Of a DNA stretch of 64,000 nt, positions 13,646-27,400 are shown one piece after another. The DNA is taken from assembly GCA_000182565.2 (NCBI GenBank), contig KQ257453.1, one strand, 5' to 3'. The position numbers and the translations under genes are program-made. The number at the start of each line of letters is the position of its first letter. The stretch's first letter is position 1. The notes under the pieces are model-generated. The model ran no database searches. It had not been told where the DNA came from and was given only the letters and a program-made list of their open reading frames with translations. This DNA comes from Spizellomyces punctatus DAOM BR117 (taxonomy: Eukaryota).

Positions 13646-15910
13646 ATGGCCGCAAGTCACAGCCAGCAGGAACTGGAACCAGCGCTGACGTTTCCTTTGG
13701 AACCATTGTCATCGTCCTCAGACCACTTTTCCTATCCTTCAGACTCTGTTTTTGTAGAATCCGCTTCACTACAATTCCGAACGCTTCCGTACTGNNNNNN
13801 NNNNNNNNNNNNNNNNNNNNNNNNNNNNNNNNNNNNNNNNNNNNNNNNNNNNNNNNNNNNNNNNNNNNNNNNNNNNNNNNNNNNNNNNNNNNNNNNNNNN
13901 NNNNNNNNNNNNNNNNNNNNNNNNNNNNNNNNNNNNNNNNNNNNNNNNNNNNNNNNNNNNNNNNNNNNNNNNNNNNNNNNNNNNNNNNNNNNNNNNNNNN
14001 NNNNNNNNNNNNNNNNNNNNNNNNNNNNNNNNNNNNNNNNNCTTAACGCAAAATGTATGCGGAACTCCACATCCGATGACTCCACGCACTCACGTTGCAG
14101 CTCTCAAGCGACTCAACACAATCTTGAAGCACTACCGGTTAAAGGTGATACCAAATGACATTCTGAAGACACTGCAACACACAGTGTATGGATCGCCAAA
14201 GAAGCGATGGTGGAAGCCGTGGAAGAAGGGAGAGAACAAGTTTGAGAACGGTGGGTATTGAGAGGAACGGTACTTTTTACAAACCTTGGTGCTTATGTGA
14301 AGAGTTTACTATGGTAGCACCTTCCTCTATACTTAAATCCCCCCATGGTACGCTCTGTGGACTTCGCCTCTGTTTCGCGTGATACAGGGGCGAATCCGGT
14401 CAATGCCAGGCGATTACCTATTATAGTTCATGAATGCGTCAAGTTCATTAGAACACATGGTATGCTTGTGCGGCTATGTAAATACAGAATGTACAAGGCT
14501 AACTGTGTCCCTTGCAGGACTTAAAACTACAGGCATTTTTCGCGTCAACGGATCCGAACGCCGTATGGCGCAGCTTGCTGTTCATTTTGATTCCCCACCT
14601 ACATACGGCCTTGGAAGGTGAGCAAATGTGATTTTGACAAGATGTACGCGGCATTGTTACCTCAACTCGCTCCCCTGTCTCAGCTCATTCGAAGGATACA
14701 CGGTATACGACGTAGCAGATTTTCTTAAAAAATATCTCCGAGGTGTACCTGAACCCCTGTTCACGACTGAATTATACCCACAATTTCTAAAGTGTCTAGG
14801 TGTGTATATTAGCCAATGCGCGCATCTGATCGCATTCTGACCAATTCTTCTGTGGTTTAGATGTTCCCGCCGAAGGGGGCACCCGAATTCGAGCCTTCCG
14901 GCTGTTATTGCTACTTTTGCCCCCTACTCACCTAGTACTGTTGGAAACTTTACTGGAACTCTTTGGACTGATAGTGCAGCATTCAGCGGCGAACCAAATG
15001 AGTGCTCACTCACTGGCTAGGATTTTCTCCCCGAACGTCCTTCGTCCAAAGGGTCAAAAGCAACCACTCGAAGAATATGAACGATGCTCCTGCGTGATGG
15101 AACTCTTGATTGATCATTGGGATCACTTCATTGTCACACCTTGTACGGTTCGACCCTTTCAAATGCTCGACTTGACTTACGCTAGTGTGAGGGAGTTTTT
15201 GGGGATCTCGAACTTGGACGGGTTTCCCGGGATACCGCAAATGTCAGGGCAAACGCTAAATGAGAATGGGTTTTCAACTACACCGTCAATTGAAAATGAA
15301 GAAGCGGAAAACTCGATTGGCAAGGGTGCTGTCGATAGCAAGCGGATGGTGGCTGTTGACACTGCGCCAAATATACCTCTTGCGAAAGCCGTGGACTCAG
15401 ATTGTGATTCGGGGATAGTTTCAGAATCTGGAACGGTAAACATAACGCTGGTCCGAAGGGTTCGAACGGCTCCGACAAAGCGCACTCGAGGCGTCCCAGA
15501 GAACGTTACAGGTACGACGACAAACACTGTGTTTCCCCTTCACTATAGCGTAGAAACTCACCGTTCGCTCCATCATAAGCAGACCCTAAGCAGAACGCGG
15601 TGCTGCGGAACATTCCTGAAGACCGCTCGTCGGTTGTAGTATTTCCTGGTCGGCCACCCAAAAAACTGCGAGGAATAGGGTCAATGACACATCTTCGACG
15701 AAGGACGCTCGCGACCGACCCATCTTCATTATTTGCAGGTACTGCCGTTGATTATTGTGTATTGCTTTTAACCGTCGTGCCAACTCATTCGTGTGACACT
15801 TAGATCCGGGCGACGATAGTAGCAACAATCAGGCCCAGGAACTGGAGATGCTCCGTAGAGCAAACGAGGAGCTAACAGCACACTTAGAGGCTGTTTTGTC
15901 TCATATTTAG
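13646..15910 (+). CDS. Rho GTPase-activating protein (RhoGAP domain), multi-exon, spans the assembly gap; start uncertain
   Basis: Spliced RhoGAP motifs: RLPIIVHECVKFIRTH, GLKTTGIFRVNGS (arginine finger), DVADFLKKYLRGVPEPLFT, NQMSAHSLARIFSPNVLR. Ends in a short coiled coil (ELEMLRRANEELTAHLEAVLSHI*). Confidence 0.88.
13795..14041. other. Assembly gap (247 N)
   Basis: Run of n characters in the sequence. Confidence 1.
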
Positions 15911-16198
15911 TACACTCCGGGAGCGTAGAATATTCCTAGTATCTTTTATTTCTGTCATATTTGTTTACTTCTTAACGTGTAGTATAGTGGTGATGTAGAA
16001 AAATGGGTAGGTGGATGTGCATCTGGAGCAGAGCCATGCTTTGCGTGCATAGATCGCTATGATTGTTGCGACAAAAATACAGCATGTCAGATTCTATACA
16101 TATCCGACGGGGGTGCGTTTTATGATAACAGCAGGACGGGAGTGGGGTTGCCAAACATCTGATTCGATATCTTTGCACATGTCCACAGCATTACGAGA

Positions 16199-17617
16199 CT
16201 ACATCTTGAGCGGTTTCAGACCCAGAGCCGCTCTCATCTTATTTGTCTCCTCCACACTCAGGGACTCTGATGCGCCTCCACCTCCTTCCTTTCCGGCTTT
16301 TTTAGGTTCACCAGCCTGAACCGCTGTTTTCTTGAACAATGCATTAACCTTCTTTGAAGACACCGATGGCTTCTTTTTGATGCCTTCGGGTACCGCCCGA
16401 CTTTCTTCATTGTCTTCTCGTTCCCGTGAGCGGCGTTCCTCCGGACTACCGCGACTGCGATCATCACGACGGTATCGCTCACCCTCCCTGCTCCCCCGGT
16501 GATAGTCGCTGTATCTATCTCGACGGTCGCGACTCCTTTCCCGGCTCCTGCTACGATCGCGGCGTGAGGGACGGTATCTGTCACGCGAGGTTTCACGATT
16601 GCGGCGGTGTGTGGAGCGGCTTCTTGATCGCGTCCGTGACCTAGACCGGGACCGATCTCGATCTCGATCGCGACTTGAACGTTTGGACGAATATCTGTCC
16701 CGTCTTCGACTGCGACTGCGACTATGGCTACGACTACTACTGTGACTCCTTCGATCTCTTCTGCGATCTCGATCTTTAGAATCTCTATATGAATCTCTGT
16801 GATCATGACGTTCCCGCGAGCTAGTTCGCAATTTGCGATCGCCCTCCGTCCTTCTCGACTGGTCCATTTTTTCTCCCTCAGATGTAATCTCTCCCTCAGA
16901 GTCCTCAGCAATCTCTTCGTCCTCCAAATCCTCCTCCAAGGGACTTAGACGAGGTTCCAGATCCCCATTCTCTTCTAAAATATGTCGCTTGGTTATACGA
17001 GGTAGGATGGTATCACATACGCGCTCTGAACGCAAAAGGTCGTCCACAAACTCGTCAACATGGGTTAATTCGAATTCTCCCGCTAAGGATTCAAAGGTAA
17101 ATCAGTTGAACAAAAGAAAAATCAAGTATGTTGCATGAAACGTACAAATGTTCCTTCGTCGCAATTTCCGATAATCGAGAAGTAATGGTTCCAGGTACTG
17201 ATATATTTCCACAGCGGTTCCCGTCAATCGTAAATAAAACGCCCCTAAAGCTCGCAAATATCTTTTACAGAGATTAGTCACTTGTTAGTCAAATGGTGAT
17301 GAAAAAAACACCCAAAACAAAACTGCTTACTTGTAGTCCTCATTCTGTATGTACAATCTCACAATTTCCTTTTCAGGCTGCAGCTGGAGCATCTTGAGCG
17401 CCAAGCACAGGAACTCTGTGGGTTTCTGGTTTCCGTATTGTCCCCCTATAGAGGTCAAGTTCACTGCCTTGTCAATGAGTGTTTCGGCCGTGAGCGCGAA
17501 ACATGATTCTTTCCAGTAGAGTGAATCGTAAATTCGGGTCCGAATGATTTTTTCAATAAGAAACTGCGGATTTGTGCCATGGATGTTTTGGGCTTCTGTT
17601 GCCGTTCGGTTCGCCAT
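16199..17617 (-). CDS. PRP38: Pre-mRNA splicing factor 38 with an RS-rich tail and a C-terminal HIND motif, 3 exons
   Basis: MANRT...IHGTNPQFLIEKIIRTRIYDSLYWKESCFAL...KPTEFLCLALKMLQLQPEK, YLRALGAFYLR and DDLLRSERVCDTILPR match PRPF38A. RS/RD repeats precede the terminal SLSVEETNKMRAALGLKPLK. Confidence 0.96.
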
Positions 17618-17696
17618 TTTGTCGTGAATGGCACGCCCTCAGAGTGATCTACGGGATACCCAACGATTCGTGATTAACGCTGATGGTGTTGGGCTT

Positions 17697-17710
17697 GTTG
17701 CTGTGGCAAC
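17697..17710. promoter_or_regulatory. Candidate RFX X-box
   Basis: GTTGCTGTGGCAAC, close to the palindromic X-box GTTGCCATGGCAAC, in the 163-bp divergent promoter between PRP38 and the SMIM4-like gene. Confidence 0.35.
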
Positions 17711-17780
17711 AGATGACAACGTCCAGATCGACAGCGAGATTTGCTATCACCTTTGCAAACCATTCCATCAAACAAACACT

Positions 17781-18156
17781 ATGGGACAAAAGAACCCGGC
17801 AGCAAACTTTTTCAAGGTCTGTAATGGGTATGATACAATCTTCCTTGTATGCTGGCTGACAAGTTTGGTATGGTCACGTAGCCCCTTCCCCGCGCACCAC
17901 CTTCGTTTTACGGAAAAGCGTTTGCCATTGGTTTTGCAATTGGAGCAGCTCTAGAGTTTGCAGTGATTAAAGCGGGATACTGTACGCTGATCTTTTTGAG
18001 TCCATTATCTGACTCGCTTCTAATTAATGTCTGTGCTTCAATCTTGTAGACGATATCATGCGAAACTCAGAGGCACGAAAGGTAGCAAAAGACCGCATGG
18101 AAATGGAAGAAGCCGAAAGGAAATTGGACGAAATGCTCAAAGCGAAACAGCATTGA
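17781..18156 (+). CDS. Small single-TM protein of 80 aa, SMIM4/UQCC5-like; exons 17781-17816, 17882-17981, 18050-18156
   Basis: Hand-spliced product MGQKNPAANFFKPLPRAPPSFYGKAFAIGFAIGAALEFAVIKAGYYDIMRNSEARKVAKDRMEMEEAERKLDEMLKAKQH. The F-x-[IL]-G-x-x-[LM]-E-x-x-x-I-K...YD pattern resembles SMIM4. Confidence 0.7.
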
Positions 18157-18275
18157 TACCATACTATTTCCTTTTCTAATAGTCCAATCTCCTTATATGT
18201 ATATAGAGCAATACCATACTGTAAATATCAATAGAGATTTATCAACCCTATGTACAGCAACCACTCGCGTCAATT

Positions 18276-21200
18276 TCAGGACGAATTATGTACAAAACTA
18301 AGGACCCGTTGAAGTGTCGCTTGAGGGACTTTGTCCAACTGGCGGCTACCCGCCAGCTCTAACACCTTTTCGCGCAATCCTGATATTTTCGTCATTCGCA
18401 AGGACTGCCTTATTATTTCCATGTCGTTCACCGATGGCCAGTCCCGGTAAATGCGGTACGCCTTTGCCACTGATAATACGTTATCAGGAACAGATGCATC
18501 GCCTTCGGCATCGAGATGATGTAGTACATCCTCGAAGGATACTCCACTTCCCAGTGTATTGCCCTTTGACGCTTCCAATTCCCGAAAGAATATTTCTAGT
18601 TCAGCTTTCACTTGGTTCAGAAAGGCAGGAGGCAGAAGTGGGCGTGCTAGAGCCTTGGATAACCGTCCCCCAGCCTGCGACCCAGCCATCTCATAAAATT
18701 CCAAAATAAGTTTAAGGTTCCACATGGCGGTCGGGTTTAGCTCTTCTGACAAGTTCCGCATGAGTTTGTCAATCCACAGATATGGTCGTATGAGTTCAGG
18801 TCGATCCAGTTTTATGCACTCGTGGAGCACCATTGAAAAAAAGCGCGACCTCTCCGGAGACGGGTCTGGGCAAACGTATTGGGCAAAGGCACACAATTCG
18901 GGTGCCGTTTCGACCGCCTTCAGTAGAGATGTTGTATCTGAAATACCAGCTGAACTAGCGTTGAAGAGCGACATGTTCTCTGGGGAATGTGATCCTTTGG
19001 GATCCTTTGGTTTTCAGTAAGGTCAGATATCTGCCATCATCGTGAAGAACATGAAACCAAGGTAGTACCTCCATGTAGCTAAGGTGTCCAATCCTCCTCT
19101 GCATAACCATGGCGCGCTCCTTGATCAGTATGTCCTTATGGATGGGATTCGATGCGACCATCAACGTATTGGGCCAATAACGAGGACTATCCGTTCGAAT
19201 CGAGTGAATATCAGAATACGACGGCAGCAAGCATGGAGTCACCATCACGATTTCACGGATACCGCCAGCCACGGTTTCATCGAACACATTCACATTAACT
19301 GGGACACAGCAGAGCTCCTTTTTCTGTACGTCCTGCGTGACAAGGCAGCGAGGTTCAACAGCCAGTGCCCACAGATGTCGAAATGCTTGGAGATGTGCTC
19401 GGTTGTCATCAGGGGTAAGGGGATACCGCGGGAAGAGGGAGCAAACCAGAGCGGCTACCGCGATATTCGACGTTCCGAGGGTGCAAGTACCCCCTCCCAA
19501 GAAGAGGAAGCCCAACGCCATGTTAGTGGCCATGTGGTTTCCGTAACTAACGTCCCCTCCCGAACGGTCATGCAGCTTCCGTAGTATGCGCAAAACTTTC
19601 ACGTTACCGCTACCCGCGACCACTAAGCTTAACGATGTAACGATGACGTCTAAGCAGCTTCGGGCAATGGTTCTATTCAACTTTTGAGAAAATGTAGTGG
19701 CTAACAATAAAAGCGCATGAGCCCACTGAAGCGACAGCCGGGAAAATGAATGCACTCTGGATTTTACCTGGTGCATTACTAAGTGTAATCATCTGTTCCA
19801 ATTGGACCAATAGAGTTTTGAATGCGTTCATATTGTTAGACCCAGCGTATTTGAGCCCGATGCTGAAACAAGCACCAGCAACGATATTCCAAGAGGCTTG
19901 CAGGTACATATCTGCGTCACCAGTAGAAAGGTCGTCACTGCCATCCAGGATAAATTGCGGAGTTTGACTTGAAATCCACTCGCCAGATGGCTCGATTTGG
20001 TCCCACAGAATCAGGTTCCGGCTCAGAATACGCAAAAGAAGTATATCCGGTCGGACCTTCTTCAAAACGAAAGCTGTCTGTGGAACTTTCAGCCTATCTG
20101 CGACGGAAGTGTCATTCGTTTTCAAGTACATTAACCCCAGCGCAATAGTGGCACTGGCTACGATGTATGGCTGACTTGTTCCCAGCGCATATTTGAGCAT
20201 ACGCTTGCCTAATCGGATGTCGGCTATACCTGCAGCTTGGACCGAATTGATACGGCCAAGCGTGATCAATCCCTTGAATCATTGGAGAAAATCAGTTGAG
20301 ACCTGCGAAGCCTATCCTACCATGTGAACGGATTCATACCAGGGACAGTCCGCAAGCAAGAGCACAATTTTCCTTATGTATGTACGGAAGATTGTTTTCC
20401 ATTGATTCCATCGTCTGTAAAAGGTAAAGCATCTTCTCCGTATGCAGTCGAGCCAACGATTCCAAGTATAGTAGTCCAACACTAAGAATGGCAGCGGGCT
20501 TCACCTCAAGCCCAGAGGGTGTTCCAGGAATATCATCCGACGGCTCGATGTGCGAATAGCACAAACGCGTGTGCCTCATGTCTTGATCTCCTTTATGAGT
20601 GGCCGCCAAACCAAGAAGTAGAGCGATGGCGGTGAACTCATGTTTCAGATTCATGTAGTCGATAAGATCGTACAAGTTCATCTTTCGCAGATTCCCGAGA
20701 AGACCCAGTCCTAATAAAAAGCCAGCGTGCTTGCCATCGAGACTGCGCTTTCCCTCCTCTTCCTTTGCAGGTGTGTTAAAAACGATCCACGCTCCGTTGT
20801 TGTGCTTCCAATTGGGGACCACTGACAGTCCGGCTGCTACTCCATTATGAAAGGATGGCCAGTCCAGAAGACTCGGAGTTCCTTTTGCGACTTCCATATG
20901 CACAACAGAATTCATAGGAGGCAGCCTGGCTGCAACAACGAGGTCCGGGATTGGAAATGCTTCTGTAGGTATGGGGGACACTAGACCGAACGTAAGAAGA
21001 GCTCTTCCAGTCGGTAAAGCCAGCACTCGCTGTGCCAGAATCTGAAGATGCTTTTGCTGCTCCAGCGTCCAATCTTTATCGCTGCAAGAGACGGGGTTAA
21101 TATGAGAAATATCCAAGCGGTGAGCCCAACAAGTATTTCGTACTCAGACGTGTCTATGTCAAGTTTATACGATGAAGGTGTGGCTGACTGGAGCATACGT

Positions 21201-24030
21201 CGAACCTCTTCTATTCGCCGATCTTTCATGAAGCGCAACTTTGTGATTTCAGTGAGGACTGCTTCCGTTCCGTCTGTTGTGTTCACATCGGAGGATGCCG
21301 GGGGAGATTCGAATCCTTTTGGCTACAGGCGACTATTAGATAAAGACGACGCTAAAAAACGTCATACACTTCAACTTGCCTCTTTAGCATCGCTCTCTGA
21401 CACTTGCAGCTTGGTACCAAATTGTTCAGCTAGATCTTCTCGTCCTGTCGTTCAATGCGTAATTTGAACATGAGCATCAGCGACCCTAACGGAGGAATCA
21501 AGGGGATGCATAAGACGGAACTTACCAATAAAATTGTATGCTTCTGCCGTCCAATCGCCTGGTGGATCTTCCCTGCATTCCTCCAACGCCTGCAGTATAG
21601 GAAGGGACACGCCCAGGGGCAAACTAGCCATGTCCTTTTTCGAAAGTCCTTGCCTGAGCATTTCTAATACCAATCCTTCCGCTGCAGACGATTTGGACGT
21701 GGTCATTGCGCAAAATAGAGCGCTAATTTGATGGAAAAGCGTTGAACGTATGAGTCCGCTCGGGCTACGACAGCCATTGGAAGGTAAACCGGAGAAGTAT
21801 TCGAGCGGAGTTAAGGTTTTCACATTCCTCAACGTATTCAGAATCCACGATGCCATGCTAAAGGGTGCTAGGGGACGGGCGATGTTGTTTTGCACTGTTG
21901 CAAGGTCGTTAGACGGTTCACAATGTTTCCACCACGTGGTGTGATTGTTACCCACCGTCAATCATTACGATGCCCTCAGGCTTGATTCCATCCATTTGAT
22001 AGTGGAAGCTGTAGTCCTTCCATCCCAGGCAGCGTGCAATCTGCAGCAACAGTTGCCCCAGTCGTCTCCATGCGCTCTCATATAGAATACTAAGTTTCAT
22101 ATCCTCGTACACCAAATGAAGGACGATGACAATTGCTGGGAGAAAGAGAATGAAATTTGGCCCAGTATGGTAATGCTCAAAAAGAGCCTTCGATTTTGTA
22201 AAAGATATCTGCATAGTGGAGGCGGTAGGTTTCGGATAAGACTGAAGAAACTTCTGAGCCAGCTTTTTCTGCCACGGTGTATCAGCTTTATACCGATTCA
22301 GCCATACAAGATGCTTGTGCGGACCAGGTTCGAGGACACTGGGAATGCTGCCGTCATCCATCTCAATAGTCTTGTGGCAAAAAGAGAAGAATACGGTGAG
22401 CCAGTCGATCCACTCATCATTTGACCGCAGGTTTTCCCACTTCAAAGTAGGACCACCCTGGAATGCGAGCCATCGATGATAAAATTCCTCGAACATGGGC
22501 ACAGGCAGAGCGTAGGACAGCGCTTCAACGCACCGAGCGACCAGTTCAGATGTCGGCTCGCCATCCAACATCACTCGGTATGATTTCCCATTTGAAAGTA
22601 CCATATTTACTCGATTATCCACTGGATCTTTTAAATCAATAACTCGACTGGCGCGAGAGGGTGAACGTAACGTCTGTCGCCCATCTACTCTTCTGGGTGA
22701 ATCGCGCGAGTCATCGGTTCTTGGCCGGTCAGGTATTTCTCCGCTGCGTCGACGTTTTCCTGTTAAGCCAGTATCGTCTGCTTCCTGGAAGTCCGATGGC
22801 ACTGTACATTTTAGTGAGGTTGTATACCCGGTCCACAGGGTAAGGCTGCTGTCGGGATGCAGTATCAACGTATCAAAATGACTCGGTCTAGTGGCACGCA
22901 GCGGTACCGCTGAAAGTGCCGGAATATCCAGGAAAAGGTCAAAGATGAACTGCTCATCATTGGCAGTCTGTACAGTCATCGCCGTCAGGCGACGAGTGGA
23001 CTTGATCGCATCCTGGAACTCTGTCTCATCCGTCGCATGAGGACTCAAAAACCAAATGATGGGATCACCTCTGTGATTCTCCGTTACGAAAACAACCTCG
23101 GCTCGATGTGGAATCCGGCTGCAAATGTACTAGCCAAGTTAATTGAGGACGAAGCCCGAGATTCCACTCTCCGAATACCCACCGGTTGCCCGCCTGCAAG
23201 TTATCTGACCAAACTAGCCGCATGGTGACGGCCGGTTTCAGTGCTGTCTGTACATACGAGCGAGGATCTAGACAGTCAAGTGGGTTGCTCGTATCCCCCA
23301 GATGATCCAATTTATGATTATAAATCCATATATTGTGATTGCGTTGACTGCCGTCAAATGTAACTATGAAGGGGTTCTGTTGACGATGACTTTGCACAAA
23401 TAACACATCCCAGTTCACGTTCTCATCAGGGTTTGACTTGGAATCTGTTGGGTAATGGATGACTGCGGCCGATCCAGTCGGCGTGTTAACGTCCATCGGC
23501 CTAAAGTTGTCCAGGGGATGTGCTAGGCTATACAATATGGGTGCATCCGTATTATCGCCATGTTCCCGTTTGCGTTGCACAAGAATGCCCAGATTGAGAG
23601 GCCATGCTCGTTCGATGCGATAAGGGATTGGAATATCAACCGACTCTCCGTCAGTGAAATGGAGCGTGGCTGATTGCTCAAAAACAATTACAAGAGCCCG
23701 TTGTGTGACCTTTTCAAACTGACCAGACTTGATTGCGTCAATGGTTGAAGTCTTTGACGGAAGGACGTCTTGTAAAAGGAAATCAGCGTAGAACGCTTGC
23801 AGAACGGGTTTTCGGTTGAATCTGTCGTTTGTATAGCTCACAGTGTTGAATGGCCCCCGACTGGTGAATACCGTCCACCCAGCAATGGCAACTTCACTGT
23901 CGTAACTATATCTGCCCGCGCCAGAGGACAGTAAAGTATACCGTATCGGACTGTCATCCTCGACATAGGGATGAACTTGTGCGGCCTTTTCCGCGTAAGG
24001 AACAAATCTTTCCAAAACTTTGAATTCCAT
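18276..24030 (-). CDS. APC1: Anaphase-promoting complex subunit 1, multi-exon
   Basis: LRFMKDRRIEEVRRMLQS, RVLALPTGRA, WPSFHNGVAAGL, HAGFLLGLGLLG, YGNHMATNMALGFLFLGGG and DNRAHLQAFRHLWALAVEPR (PC repeats) are diagnostic. Confidence 0.96.
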
Positions 24031-24470
24031 TGGAGGCCCAGCTATGAACCTTGCAGACAGAGAAGATGCATAGCAGCCCGCTGTATTTCGCGAGGGCGAT
24101 CTGGGAAAATTGTCGACGAGATCGCACTGCCAACAACTTCCACCATCCGACTTGAGCACGTGACCCTTACCAGCGAAATGCATTCCCATTCAACCCAAAC
24201 GAACGGTTGGGCAACGGCAGCAACGGGGTCGCTCGTTTAACCATTTCATTTGTTTGACTTTTGCATTTCGCTCAGTCCATTTCGGCCAAGGACGAGGGCT
24301 TTGGGAGGAAACTGGGATTGAGTTTGACTTATTTTGCATAAGCTGGCCGACGGTGTTTTCGACAACGAACTGCAAACCACTTCATCTAGCCGCAAGACGC
24401 GCCCCATCGTAGTGTCAAGTTGTTTGTCGATAATTTGGACCAGATCTTCAAAAAGAATACAAAAGCAACT

Positions 24471-27400
24471 ATGGCAGCACCACCACCTCCCAACTATGGA
24501 GCCCAGCGTCCTCCAATGATGAATAACCCGAACATGAATCCGCATCAGGTCCGCCCAGGTCAAGGTCTTCCTGGCGGCCCCAATGTCCACCCTGGCTTTC
24601 CAGGAGGACCGGGAGGTGCTCCACCTTTGCCTGCCGGACAGCCCGGTGTGGGTCAACCATATGGTAAGGTTTGGTGATTTAAGCAGCAGCTCGTTCTCGG
24701 CGGCTTTATCTTATACCTTCAACGCGGCACAGGCCAACATATTCCACCGAACCGCGCTGGAACACCTCAAGGATACCCTCCTCAACAGCCTGGAATGCAA
24801 CCGCAGCCGGGAGGCCCACAGCCAACAGGATTCAATTATGGAAATTACCCGCAGCCTAATCGCCCTGCTCCAAATTACCGTCCTCCAACTGGTCCAGGAC
24901 ACGCAGATGGAATGCCCCCAGCTCCCAGTCCATCGATGGGACAAATGCCGCCCATGGGAAATGTGGCCCCCATTCAACGACCTGGGATGCCTCCTCCGCT
25001 TCGACCTCTGACTGGTCACGCAGCAGGCGTTCCAGGTAGTCCGATGACCGAGTCTCCGACCGCGAGACTTCCACCCAATTTCATTCCGCCAATCAGTGGT
25101 ACACCGCCGCCACCCGGACCAGGCGTTGCTCCCCCTGGAACGCGTGCGGGAAGGCGTGCATATCCTACTGCCGATCCATACTCGAACCCATCAGCGATGA
25201 GTCCTATGGGTGGTCCGTCACTTGATCCTTTTTCAGCTCAACTTCCTTCTCCAGAGTATGGGCGACCAGGGACACCCGCAACGGGAGTGCCTCCGTCTCC
25301 ACTGCCAGCCCAGGCTCCGCAGTTCTTTAATCCTGGTCAAGCAGGTGGACAGCAGGCATCCGTCCCTACCTTTGGCGCTCAACCGGCCGGTCCGCCTGCA
25401 CCAACGTTTGGGTCGCAACCACAGGGTCAATGGGCGAGCGGACAGGGTATGGGCAGTAGCAGCACGTTCAGTAGTCAGTCAGATCTGGCCCAGGTGACTG
25501 GTAGTTTCGGAAACCTTTCAATTGGCGGTCAGGTAAGACGGTAGCGGATTCAAATTATCTGATGAACTTGGCCTTACACCAAACTTGACAATCGTAGTCA
25601 AGAGGGGGGCCGACGTCCGTCAATTTACTTCAGGGCCCGCCAAACGTGCAAGAGTTTGATGGTCCTGCACCCACTCCCTGGATCTCTCCAGAGGTAACTA
25701 CTCAGATGCCGTCCTAGTTACAACTCTCGGTTGATGTATTATTTGGCAGTCCTCTGTCTCGCAAGCTCCTACTTCGAATTCAGATCCTAAGTATAAGAGG
25801 TGTACCATCAATGCCATTCCTCAAACAATACAGTTGATGAACAAATGCAAGATTCCATTTGGCTTGTTGGTTACCCCGTACAGGCATTTGTTGGACGGAG
25901 AGGTAAGTTCGTCTTCCGTTAAGAAAACCGTGCTCTACCGAAGCTTATTCCTGTCCTTAGGACCCGGTGCCAGTAATCAATCCACCGCAGATTGTTCGTT
26001 GTCGGCGCTGCCGGACCTACATCAATCCCTGGGTGCAATTCGTTGAGCAAGGCAGTCGTTGGAAATGTAATTTGTGCTTTCTCACCAATGAAGGTATGTG
26101 ATATGTTACCCGGCAAGAGGCGTCACTTTCGAAAACATGCCAGCTTCACGAACTGATAAATAATCTTGTTACTAGTACCATCATTTTTCGATTGGGATCC
26201 GGAGACAAGAGGGCATGTCGATCGCTTGCAGCGTCCAGAATTGACACATGCGGTGGTAGAATTCATCGCACCTCAGGAATATATGGTATATCAATGAGTT
26301 ACTGTTTGTCGGGGATCCACCGTTCTGAACCTACTGTAACTTTTAGGTTCGGCCGCCTCAACCGGTAGTGATGTTGTTTGTGATAGATGTGTCGTACGCC
26401 GCTGTACAATCGGGTGCGTTTTTACCTCTTCTTGTGGAGCGTAGTTAATGACACTAAGAGTATCTCAATAGGAATGCTGGCTACAGCGGCAAGAACCATC
26501 CTGGATACTCTGGACTCGGTGCCAAATACGGATAACCGCACCAAAGTGGGCTTCATAACCGTCGATAGTGCACTGCATTTTTATAATCTGAGTGTGAGTA
26601 AGACTGGAAGACCTTTTTTCTTGTGAAGATTGGACTAAAGATTCTGTTACAGCCCAACCTTGCCGAACCTCAAATGCTGGTTGTGTCGGATTTGGATGAT
26701 ACATTCTTGCCCATGCCGTATGATCTATTGGTGTCTTTAACGGAATCGCGATCGGTGATCGAAATGCTATTACAACGGATTGGAGACATGTTCAAAAACA
26801 CACAAAACGTGGGCAACGTCCTCGGTCGCGCTCTGCAAGCAGCACATAAGATGATTGTACGGTTACCGTCGATCTTGTCTTGATGTGGACTCTTTGACTA
26901 ATTTCTGGCATATCAAAGAGTCCAATTGGTGGAAAGATTATCGTTCTTCAATCTACATTGCCGAACCAGAATGAAGGGGCATTGAAGGCGCGCGAAGACC
27001 CCAAACTTTTGGGAACACCAAAGGTCCGTAACATGTGTGATGCGACATCTTTGCAAAGGTTGACAATAGGTGTTGTGTGCAGGAGGTTTCACTCTTGCAG
27101 CCACAAACAGGTTTCTATAAGAACCTTGCCGTATCCTGCTCGCCCACACAAGTAAGCATCGATGTGTTCCTTTTCAGTGCGCAGTACGCAGACATCGCTA
27201 CCCTAAGTGAGTTCAGTGCTTGGAACATCTAGGCCAGCATAGTGCTTACCTTGTCCATCAGGCGGATGCGCCAAGTTCACAGGAGGGTCGGTTTACTACT
27301 ATCCTGCCTTCAATGCCGCTCGGTCCGAGGATGCTATGAAGTTTGCACACGAATTCTCTCACTTCCTATCACGACCAATTGGATTGGAGGCTGTGATGCG

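Noticed and set aside
13538-14158. ORFs containing long X runs
   Set aside because: Artefact of the 247-N gap. Only the RhoGAP-strand exons are plausible.
16258-16911. 217-aa alternative-frame ORF over the PRP38 RS tail
   Set aside because: Shadow frame of low-complexity RS/RD codons with no independent signal.
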